DNA of 64,000 nucleotides from Escherichia coli (GTDB lineage Bacteria; Pseudomonadota; Gammaproteobacteria; Enterobacterales; Enterobacteriaceae): NCBI RefSeq assembly GCF_016026235.1, contig NZ_CP065613.1; one strand, 5' to 3'. Shown piece by piece: positions 56,072 to 64,000 of this stretch (position 1 is its first letter; each line of letters starts with the position of its first letter). The notes under the pieces were generated by a model. It saw only the letters and a program-made list of their open reading frames with translations, ran no database searches and was not told where the DNA came from. The position numbers and the translations under genes were made by a program.

Positions 56072-58444
56072 TTAAAATTTCATGCTGACATCAAGCCAGA
56101 AAGTACGGCCACTGGCGTAGGTCGCCACACCGGTATTCGTTGTATCAACAGCGGTTTTGCTATCCAGTACATTGAGAATATCGGCACTGATCGTCAGGTT
56201 TTGTTGTTTCAGAAATTGTGGCGTCCAGGACAAGCGGGTGTCCCAGGTCAGGCTGCTATCCAGTTTTTCGTCAACATACTGCTTGTAATCTGAATATTCG
56301 CTGATGTATTGCGCATTCGCCTTACCCAGGATAATGCGAGCTTTACGCGCTTCTTGCCAGGCCAGCGTATTCGCCCACACCAACCCGCTCGGTTGATGCG
56401 TGAAATCCATGTTTAAGGAGATCTTTAATGGGTTATTAAAATCCGCCACTGGAACGCTATCGTAAGAAACCAGATTACCGTTATAAACCACTTGGTTATC
56501 ACCGGTATTGCTCTCCTCATAACCATTGTTTAACGACAAGTTGCCCTTGCTCTTGATATAGCTAAAGACAATTTGCGGGTTAATATCTACCTGGCTGATA
56601 TGCAGGGGTTCGGCCAGTTCAAAACTGAGGTTGAACGAATGCGTTTTGGTTTTGCCGTCGTTGTTATATTCAGTAATGGTGGTTTTAGTCGCGCTGTCGG
56701 TACGACTGCTTTTGCTGATTTGATCATGCGCTTCACGGTAAACATAGTTTGCGCGCGCAATAACGTTCTTACCGATTTTTTGCTGCAATCCCATTGCCAG
56801 TTCATCGTTATAAGGCGTTTTCAAATCCTGATAACGCGTCAGGGTTTTATTACCTGATACCGATTCCGTCCAGCTATTGCGGATATCACGTAATCCCATA
56901 TCAACAATATTCCCGCCATAGTAACGGTTATAACCTGCTGTAATCATTGAGGTTTGATCAGCAAAAATATCCCATTCCGTCATAAAGCGCGGGGAGATAT
57001 TGTGGTTTGACAGATAGTTGTCATAGTCATACCGCACGCCGGGCATTAATGACACATTACGCCAGCTAATGCGATCCGCCATATACAGCGTGTAGTTGTC
57101 AATTCCCAGGCTGCCTTTACCTTTATGGTATATGGTATGGTTAGTTTTCTTTCCGGCAGCATTAATCACATAGGATTCAGACTGGTTATGGCGTTCAGTC
57201 CACGCATCGGAATAGATGTATTCCGCGCCGAAGTAGGGTTGATGCGAAACATTACCCACGGCGAATTTTTGCCAGTCCAGGCGTGTTTTGAAGGTGTAAT
57301 TATCTACAGCCTGGGAAATGTGTCCTAATCCACCACGGGTGCAACGCCCTGAAATATCACCATATGTACATGAAAGTTCGGTGTACCAGATGTCATGATC
57401 GTGACGGGTATAATCACTAATATGATCCCAACCAACGGTGGTACGTAGTTTGGCCCATGCGAGCTGCGTATCCATATCCCATGCCAGACCGTAGGATTTA
57501 TTACCCATTTCGCGATCAGACTGCGGGAAGGTGCTGGTATTATAATCACGGCTGGAGCCGGTATATTTTAAGGTTAAATCGTGGGTAAAGCGGTCGCTGG
57601 CAAACCAAGTAAATTTGCTCAATGCAGTATCGATAACGTTTTTATACTGTGCCCGACCGGCGACAATGCCGTCATTCGAAACATAATCCGCGCGGGTGAT
57701 ATCAGACTGGCGGCGCGATAAACCGGCGGTAACGCCAAAGTTATCAGCGAGTTCCTGATTAAACGACAAGGTATAAAAGTTCTTTTTAAAATCTGGGGAG
57801 TAATAAGTACTTCCTGAAGAGCCTTGATTAAATGCGCTCTTGTTATTCTCATCGATATGCGATGTTAACCAGTCCGAACGCGTAGTGCGATAACCCAGTT
57901 TCACGCTGCTATCATCAGCGTTGAAGCGTTTGATCTTTGCATCAATTACCCCGCCATTGAAGCGACCGAATTCAACCGGCACAAAACTGTCATAAAGCGT
58001 CACATTGTCCAGTAATCTGACATCAAGATAATACCCCTGTGACATCCCGCTAATATTGGTTGCACTACTGGCATCGGACTCATTCGCTGGGTTCAGGTTA
58101 TTAGTGGCACTAATACCATCAATCAAATAGGCATTCTGGTAGGGCGACGCACCGTGAATAGAGATTTTCTCCGGGCGAATATCTCCCTGGTTCAACGAGG
58201 TACTTTGCGTTGAATCCATGCGTACCGCAGGGTTGGTTCTCAGCAGATCGCTGATATTGCCATTCCCGGTCGGTAAACGCTCGATGCTTTCACTGGTGTA
58301 ATGCGTGTTGCCGTTTACGGGTACAGGGACAGGAGCATAGACCGTCATCTCTTCAAAAACATGCATGTACATGTTTTTGTCATCGACGGCCTGCGCCACA
58401 TCAGCGCCACATAAAATGACGCCAGGAATAAGAACTCGCTTCAT
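56072..58444 (-). CDS. yddB: TonB-dependent outer-membrane receptor
   Basis: 790-aa ORF with signal peptide and C-terminal ...LDVSMKF; about 44 bp upstream of pqqL on the same strand. Confidence 0.9.
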   Translation of the reverse strand: MKRVLIPGVILCGADVAQAVDDKNMYMHVFEEMTVYAPVPVPVNGNTHYTSESIERLPTGNGNISDLLRTNPAVRMDSTQSTSLNQGDIRPEKISIHGASPYQNAYLIDGISATNNLNPANESDASSATNISGMSQGYYLDVRLLDNVTLYDSFVPVEFGRFNGGVIDAKIKRFNADDSSVKLGYRTTRSDWLTSHIDENNKSAFNQGSSGSTYYSPDFKKNFYTLSFNQELADNFGVTAGLSRRQSDITRADYVSNDGIVAGRAQYKNVIDTALSKFTWFASDRFTHDLTLKYTGSSRDYNTSTFPQSDREMGNKSYGLAWDMDTQLAWAKLRTTVGWDHISDYTRHDHDIWYTELSCTYGDISGRCTRGGLGHISQAVDNYTFKTRLDWQKFAVGNVSHQPYFGAEYIYSDAWTERHNQSESYVINAAGKKTNHTIYHKGKGSLGIDNYTLYMADRISWRNVSLMPGVRYDYDNYLSNHNISPRFMTEWDIFADQTSMITAGYNRYYGGNIVDMGLRDIRNSWTESVSGNKTLTRYQDLKTPYNDELAMGLQQKIGKNVIARANYVYREAHDQISKSSRTDSATKTTITEYNNDGKTKTHSFNLSFELAEPLHISQVDINPQIVFSYIKSKGNLSLNNGYEESNTGDNQVVYNGNLVSYDSVPVADFNNPLKISLNMDFTHQPSGLVWANTLAWQEARKARIILGKANAQYISEYSDYKQYVDEKLDSSLTWDTRLSWTPQFLKQQNLTISADILNVLDSKTAVDTTNTGVATYASGRTFWLDVSMKF

Positions 58445-58481
58445 TTATTTATATCTCCGTACAGCAGGGCTTTTATTGTTT

Positions 58482-60167
58482 TTATAAAACCGCGCTAATG
58501 TCACAAATATCATCTGCCAGGTTCCAGACACCGGGTTGATGTGTAACCATAATGACGCCGCTTGTGGGTAGTTTTTCACGCACTAAACGCAGTAAGCGGA
58601 TAGCCTCTTGTTCCTCAAGATGAGAGGTAGTTTCGTCAAGAAATATCCATTTCGGACGTCGTAAAATTAATCGTGCCAGGGCGATACGTTGTTTTTCGCC
58701 GCTGGAAAGAATATCTCCCCAGCGATCGTGGTCATGAATACGCGCAGCCAATTTCCCCAGACCAACCTGATGCAGTATTTCGCTCAACGATTTATCGTCT
58801 ACGGGCAGAGGAAGTGCTTTACAAATAATCTCTTTCAGTAAGCCGGTTTTGATTAACGGTGTTTGTGACACATACCAACTGTCGGCAGGAGAAGAAATAT
58901 CACCTTTAAACCACGGCCAGCAGTGGGATAATGTTTTAAGCAGTGTGGTTTTTCCCGCACCAGAGTAACCTTTCAGTAATAGCCATTTGCCTGGCGAAAC
59001 ATGAAAGTTCAGGTTCTCTAATATGATCTTATTATCAGGAGTACGAATACTCGCGTCAGCCACTTGTACCGCATGTTGGCAATTTTTAGGCTTATTCGTA
59101 GGGCGATGTTCGGTGAGTTGATGGAACTCATACAAGCGATCGATAACCGCAGCCAGTTCAGCAAGTTCGTCATATTTATAAACAAACCAGCTTAAATTGT
59201 TCGATACCAGCATAAAGGCCTGGCGCGATTTCATCAGTCCGCCCAGATTGATCTGTCCGCTAATAAACTGTGGCAATAACAGAAAGTAGGGAAGAACGCT
59301 AAGCGAGCGCGAATAAATATTCTGCCAGTAATCAAGCCACCGCTGACGATTCATTAAACGATGCCAGTTCTCTTTAATAGTATGAAAATTGTCGCTCAAC
59401 TCCTGGCGTTGTAGAGACTCAGCATTGCTTAGCGCAATCAGTTCTGCCTGCTTATTATGCTGCACAAGATTTGTTCGAAATGTCGCTTCGCTACGTTGTT
59501 TTTCCACATTAAGCGGACGAATACGTTTACCCACCTTATGGGTAAATAAAGTTCCACCGATCACAATGAGCACAACGGTATAGACCATATACCCCTGGAT
59601 ATTCCATTCTGTTCCACCAACAGTGAATGAGAGCGTACCCGCGCTTTGCCAAAGAATAACGGTAAAGGTGATCAGCATGCTAAGTGACTGGATGAAGCCA
59701 AATGAAAGGCTGAGCGTTTTGCTGATCAGTAAGAGAATGTCTTCAGCGATACGTTGGTCAGGGTTATCTGTATTTTTATGCTCACCGTAGATCTGCGTGA
59801 AGTAGTAGTTTTTATCTGCAAACCAGCGATTAAGGTAGTAATCTGTTAACCATTCGCGCCAGCGAATAGTCAGTAGTTTAATTAACCATGTTTTGTTTAC
59901 GGATATTAATACAAAGATCCCCAGCAGGGCAGGGAACCAAAGGACAAGCTGCCAAAGCTTATCAGTTTCTTTCTGGCTTAGCGCATTGAAAAAATCATTA
60001 TTCCAGTCGTTTAACCAGACCTGAATTTTAACCACGCCAAGGATCATGGCGAGGATAATAATGATTAACAACACTGAAGTTTTATTATTCTTACGCAGCC
60101 AAAAGGGCTTCAGCAGACAGAGATACTTTGCTATCAACATACAAAACGTAATGGGAATGGTTATCAT
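58482..60167 (-). CDS. yddA: Fused permease/ATPase ABC transporter
   Basis: 561-aa ORF: N-terminal transmembrane domain plus C-terminal ABC ATPase (Walker A GYSGAGKTT, signature LSSGEKQR). Confidence 0.9.
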   Translation of the reverse strand: MITIPITFCMLIAKYLCLLKPFWLRKNNKTSVLLIIIILAMILGVVKIQVWLNDWNNDFFNALSQKETDKLWQLVLWFPALLGIFVLISVNKTWLIKLLTIRWREWLTDYYLNRWFADKNYYFTQIYGEHKNTDNPDQRIAEDILLLISKTLSLSFGFIQSLSMLITFTVILWQSAGTLSFTVGGTEWNIQGYMVYTVVLIVIGGTLFTHKVGKRIRPLNVEKQRSEATFRTNLVQHNKQAELIALSNAESLQRQELSDNFHTIKENWHRLMNRQRWLDYWQNIYSRSLSVLPYFLLLPQFISGQINLGGLMKSRQAFMLVSNNLSWFVYKYDELAELAAVIDRLYEFHQLTEHRPTNKPKNCQHAVQVADASIRTPDNKIILENLNFHVSPGKWLLLKGYSGAGKTTLLKTLSHCWPWFKGDISSPADSWYVSQTPLIKTGLLKEIICKALPLPVDDKSLSEILHQVGLGKLAARIHDHDRWGDILSSGEKQRIALARLILRRPKWIFLDETTSHLEEQEAIRLLRLVREKLPTSGVIMVTHQPGVWNLADDICDISAVL

Positions 60168-60191
60168 TAGCGAAAATTGATTGTGCCATCC

Positions 60192-60217
60192 AATGATTAT
60201 CTATGGCAATGATTTAC
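60192..60217. promoter_or_regulatory. Fur-box-like AT-rich motif upstream of yddA
   Basis: CAATGATTATCTATGGCAATGATTTAC contains AATGAT / TATC hexamers resembling the Fur consensus GATAATGATAATCATTATC; sits 25-50 bp upstream of the yddA ATG. Not scored with a matrix. Confidence 0.4.
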
Positions 60218-60457
60218 TGATGAAATTTATTTAAGTATCATTTAACAATATGAAATATATAGAAATTTTTAATTTTCAGTGGTTATGGTTATGCTATTGA
60301 TAATCAAGGGTATTACTAATGCCCTGACGCATACCACGTATGCCAGGATTTTCGCAAGGGAAGATGATGATGACGAAACACCCAACAGGAATTTATGTCG
60401 GGTGTCTTGTTAAGGCCATAAGAAGGAGGCTAAGACTGGAGCAAAGAGGGAGCGTTA

Positions 60458-61615
60458 TTAATTATTCTCCATTTGTTTTGCAACATCCATAATGTGGTAA
60501 AGCGGTACTCTGTTCTTGGCTAACTCCACCATGGCGTTCATATAAGGTACCATGGTTGAAAAAAGGATTTTATAATCTTCGCAAAAATAAGAAACAGTCT
60601 CATTGTTTACTTTAGTAATACGATGCTTAGGACAACCGCCATTGCAGATAGGTTTATATGCACATTTCAGACATTTCGCTGAAATCCGTTTTTTTTGCGC
60701 TGTCAGTTGTACACTGTTCATCGTTTTGAGTTCAGATTTATTAATATTTCCAATTTTGTACTGTGGATAGACAAAATGGTCGCATTCGTAAATGTCTCCA
60801 TTACTTTCAACAACCAGATTATCCTTGCAGGACTCCTGGAAAATACAACTGGTATGCCCATTCCCTAAAAAACGGCTGACAAAGCTTTCAAACTGACGGA
60901 TGAAAACTTCACCCACATCGTTTTTAACCCATTGCATAAAAATGGTTGACATAAACTTGCCATAAGCCGTGGGAGGCACAGAAAAATCAATGATACGGAA
61001 TGTGTTCTCACTATGACCACTGAAATCAATATTCGGCGTCCCGGTTTCTAGCAATTCGATAAATTGCATATGTTTACTGCCGATAGATTTTAAAAAATGA
61101 TAAACCTCAAGAGGGTAATGGACATTAACGTTATTAATGACGGTTAACGTATTAAACTCTACTTGATATGATTTCAGACGCTCGATGGCTGCTATCACTT
61201 TTGTAAAAGTACCGTTACCTGAATTACTGCGTCTGTAACGGTCATGTAACTCCTGGGGGCCATCGATCGAGATACCAACCAGAAATTCATGTTCTTTGAG
61301 AAAGGCACACCATTCATTATTCAATAAAATGCCATTCGTTTGTAATGCATTAAAAATACGTTTTTGGCCTGCATAGCGTTGTTGATAGTGAATAACTTTA
61401 CGGAAAAAATCCAGGCCAGCCAGAGTGGGTTCACCGCCTTGCCAGGTAAAATAGACCTGATTGCCAGACGCTGCGATATATTGTTTGATGAACTCTTTCA
61501 GAGTGCTGTCATCCATCCATTTTTCATGAGTAAACTGCGACTCTTTTTCAAGGTAAAAACAGTAATCACATTTGAGATTACATTGAAAACTGGAGGGCTT
61601 GGCTGTAACGTGCAT
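60458..61615 (-). CDS. ydeM: Radical-SAM anaerobic sulfatase-maturating enzyme homolog
   Basis: ORF 60458..61630; likely start ATG at 61615 ([21 protein letters not shown], CxxxCxxC radical-SAM motif), 385 aa. Confidence 0.85.
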   Translation of the reverse strand: MHVTAKPSSFQCNLKCDYCFYLEKESQFTHEKWMDDSTLKEFIKQYIAASGNQVYFTWQGGEPTLAGLDFFRKVIHYQQRYAGQKRIFNALQTNGILLNNEWCAFLKEHEFLVGISIDGPQELHDRYRRSNSGNGTFTKVIAAIERLKSYQVEFNTLTVINNVNVHYPLEVYHFLKSIGSKHMQFIELLETGTPNIDFSGHSENTFRIIDFSVPPTAYGKFMSTIFMQWVKNDVGEVFIRQFESFVSRFLGNGHTSCIFQESCKDNLVVESNGDIYECDHFVYPQYKIGNINKSELKTMNSVQLTAQKKRISAKCLKCAYKPICNGGCPKHRITKVNNETVSYFCEDYKILFSTMVPYMNAMVELAKNRVPLYHIMDVAKQMENN

Positions 61616-61666
61616 CGCTATCTCGCTCAATAAGGCGGCGGAAAAATCCGCCGCATGAAGGTTTAG

Positions 61667-63349
61667 TTATTTCGCTTCGCTTAGTGCTTTCTTGATATTG
61701 TTAAACTTCTCCTGATTTACCTCGCTAAGCGGTGGCTGGCTGCTGTCGATAAACTCTCTTACCACGCCTTGCATCTCTTTAACGACCTGCGGATTGGCGG
61801 CGGCAAGGTTATCTTTTTGCTGTAGATCCGTCAGTTTGTAGAGACCTAACTGATTGTTTTCTACTGTATAGACAAGCGAATAATCGTTATTTCTCACCGT
61901 ATAAGAGAATTGGCTTAAGTCCTCAGTGTTGGGGTTATGCGGGTAATCGTCTGACTGATGACGGACAAATTTGTGGTAATTATCCCAGAATGGAATATTT
62001 TCCTCATCAAACCAGTGAGAATAAGAGGTTATCCAGGTCAGATTTTTATGTGGCTCGCCTTGTTTCTTATCTTGCAACCAGGGCAGCAAGGAAACGCCAT
62101 CCAGCTTAAGGTCTTTTGGAATGCTGATATCGGCTGCATCAAGAGCTGTCGGGTAGAAATCCATTGCGGAAATCAGCTTGTCATAATTACCGGGTTGAAG
62201 TTTTCCTTTCCACCACATAAACATTGGGGTGTGAGTACCGCCAGGATAGGTCTGACTCTTATAGCCTTTTTGCGCCCCGTTCAGCGGCAGAGGGCCATCG
62301 ATAACCGCACCATTATCGGAGGTAAAGAGAATAATTGTATTGTCATACTGTCCGTTTTTCTTCAGTTGTTCGAGAATGCGTTTTACACCCTGATCAACAG
62401 AATAAACGGAAGCGTAGTAGTTATCTGCTGTTTGACTACCGGTATTAAATTGCTTCTGATATTGCTCCGGTGCAGGATTATCATTTGGCAGGTGCGGAGC
62501 ATTATAAGCCAGGTAAAGCATAAAAGGCTGGTCAAGTGTTTTGGCACGATCAACAACGCCAATTGCCTCATCGGTTAACTGATCGCTGATATAACCTTTT
62601 GCGGGGACACGTTCACGATTTTTGAACAGTGAAGGGGAGTTGTAATATGCCGTTCCTGCAGCGTGGAATCCCATAAAGTAATCAAAGCCACGGTTTTGCG
62701 GGTGCCATTCTTCCGCAGAAAATGTGGTGAAGTTGTCATGATAGTCACGTGTTTGTTTATCTTCCGGTACCGGCACATTACTGATTTTTGACAAGTGCCA
62801 TTTACCTACTGCTGCAGTGTAATAACCATGATTCTGGAATAATTCAGGCAAGAAAGTTTCTGTTAGCGGAATACCATCCTGAGCATCAGTATTGGAATAG
62901 ACACCAAAGCGGGCGGGCGCTCGACCGGTCATTATTGCGGCGCGGGAGGGGCCGGAAACACCGTGCGCCACATAGCCGTTAGTAAAACGTACGCCTTCAT
63001 CCATTAATGAAAGGAGCGTCGGCGTTGATTTTTGCGCAGCTTCAATGGCTTTATCTATCCCTATTTTGTAGGTATCGACAACTTCACGATTTTCCATTGT
63101 TTTTGGGTCAAAAGATCCCTTATCAAAAGGAAGTTGTCCATAACCAAGATCATCCATGGTCAGTACGATAATATTTGGCTTTCCTTTGGTACTGTATTCA
63201 GTCGGCGTAAAGTCTGAGAAAGCAACGTTTGTTTTGGTTGCTTTCAGCTTTACATCATCTGCCGCATGAGCAGCAAATGCAGCCATACCAGATGCCAGTA
63301 TCAAAGATATCGAGGTACTTACGACACTTTTTTTTAATGCAGACTTCAT
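61667..63349 (-). CDS. ydeN: Sulfatase (signal peptide)
   Basis: ORF 61667..63382; likely start ATG at 63349 (MKSALKKSVVSTSISLILASGMAAFAAHA), 560 aa. Confidence 0.85.
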   Translation of the reverse strand: MKSALKKSVVSTSISLILASGMAAFAAHAADDVKLKATKTNVAFSDFTPTEYSTKGKPNIIVLTMDDLGYGQLPFDKGSFDPKTMENREVVDTYKIGIDKAIEAAQKSTPTLLSLMDEGVRFTNGYVAHGVSGPSRAAIMTGRAPARFGVYSNTDAQDGIPLTETFLPELFQNHGYYTAAVGKWHLSKISNVPVPEDKQTRDYHDNFTTFSAEEWHPQNRGFDYFMGFHAAGTAYYNSPSLFKNRERVPAKGYISDQLTDEAIGVVDRAKTLDQPFMLYLAYNAPHLPNDNPAPEQYQKQFNTGSQTADNYYASVYSVDQGVKRILEQLKKNGQYDNTIILFTSDNGAVIDGPLPLNGAQKGYKSQTYPGGTHTPMFMWWKGKLQPGNYDKLISAMDFYPTALDAADISIPKDLKLDGVSLLPWLQDKKQGEPHKNLTWITSYSHWFDEENIPFWDNYHKFVRHQSDDYPHNPNTEDLSQFSYTVRNNDYSLVYTVENNQLGLYKLTDLQQKDNLAAANPQVVKEMQGVVREFIDSSQPPLSEVNQEKFNNIKKALSEAK

Positions 63350-63681
63350 AAATGTTCCTCTTCTTATTGTACTTAATTCCAAAGTAATTTTACGAAGAGA
63401 AATAAGTGGATGTAAGTGAAGTTAGTCACATAAAGAGATAGCAGATTTAGCTAAAAAAAGGGAAATAACAGTCCATAAAGCGTTGACATTACTTTTTGTT
63501 CTACTAAGTAATTTCTCGACGATAAACAACTAATCTATTGATATTTAATAAATTATTGTATTTTACTAACAAAATGCCGAATTGAGATCATAAATAATCA
63601 TGCAACAGGTTATGCAAATGCATAAATATGTGATGAATGTCACTTATTTATTTCAATAAATATATCGCCTAAAAACAACGC

Positions 63682-63703
63682 GGGGCAGGGAATGACTGCC
63701 CCA
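63682..63703. terminator. Hairpin + T-run downstream of ydeO (GGGGCAG ggaatga CTGCCCC ATTTTTAATTTTT)
   Basis: 7-bp GC stem about 50 bp from the ydeO stop; T-rich on the plus side, A-rich on the minus side. Confidence 0.45.
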
Positions 63704-63752
63704 TTTTTAATTTTTACGTAGGGTGCGTGGTTGACTACTCGTTAGCAAATAA

Positions 63753-64000
63753 TCAAATAGCTAAAGCATTCATCGTGTTGCCCGTATTCATACCTGTGTG
63801 ACTTTGACAACGGTACTCCTTAGAAACTCTCTTCGGACTGTTGCCGAAATGTTTGCGGAACGCATAAATAAAATAAGATGTACTGGCATAACCACATTGT
63901 TCGGCAATTTTATTGACTGAACCTTCTACGCGTATCAAATTTTTTGCGTGCTGCATTCTGGCATCTAATAGAATCTGTGAGAATGTCGTTTGCTCTTGCT
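63753..64000 (-). CDS. ydeO: AraC-family acid-resistance regulator, 3' part (5' end beyond window)
   Basis: Minus-strand frame open to the window edge; C-terminal AraC-type HTH (...QILLDARMQHAKNLIRVEGSVNKIAEQCGYASTSYFIYAFRKHFGNSPKR...). Confidence 0.8.
   Translation of the reverse strand, partial: QEQTTFSQILLDARMQHAKNLIRVEGSVNKIAEQCGYASTSYFIYAFRKHFGNSPKRVSKEYRCQSHTGMNTGNTMNALAI

Overview
This window reads as an Escherichia coli / Shigella-type chromosomal backbone, colinear with the E. coli K-12 segment running from the phenylacetate (paa) operon to ydeO. Gene calls rest on the supplied ORF translations, which I recognise from memory of the K-12 proteins; no database search was run. Order: paaA' BCDEFGHIJK, paaX, paaY, ydbC, ydbD, ynbABCD, azoR, hrpA, ydcF, aldA, gapC, cybB, rydC sRNA, ydcA, an IS10-like insertion sequence, narZ remnant, narU, yddK (LRR), yddL (porin remnant), yddG, fdnGHI (selenocysteine UGA in fdnG), yddM, adhP, maeA, sra, bdm, osmC, ddpF, ddpD', dosC', yddW, gadC, gadB, pqqL, yddB, yddA, ydeM, ydeN, ydeO'. 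I found no inserted novel gene system, prophage, CRISPR array, tRNA or rRNA. What differs from the K-12 order (as I recall it) is reductive: (1) the IS10-like element abuts a truncated narZ with no target-site duplication, consistent with an IS-mediated deletion of the hokB...narY block; (2) a second deletion fuses the dosC 5' half to ddpD, removing ddpXABC and dosP; (3) point lesions in ynbC (+1 frameshift), narZ (TAG) and ddpF (in-frame TGA); (4) no ydbA between paaY and ydbC; (5) gapC and the yddK LRR gene are intact here. The least-characterised content is the ynbABCD membrane lipid-enzyme cluster, ydbD, the AT-rich yddK/yddL islet and the pqqL-yddB-yddA import locus. Hand-read coordinates of small elements may be off by 1-2 nt.
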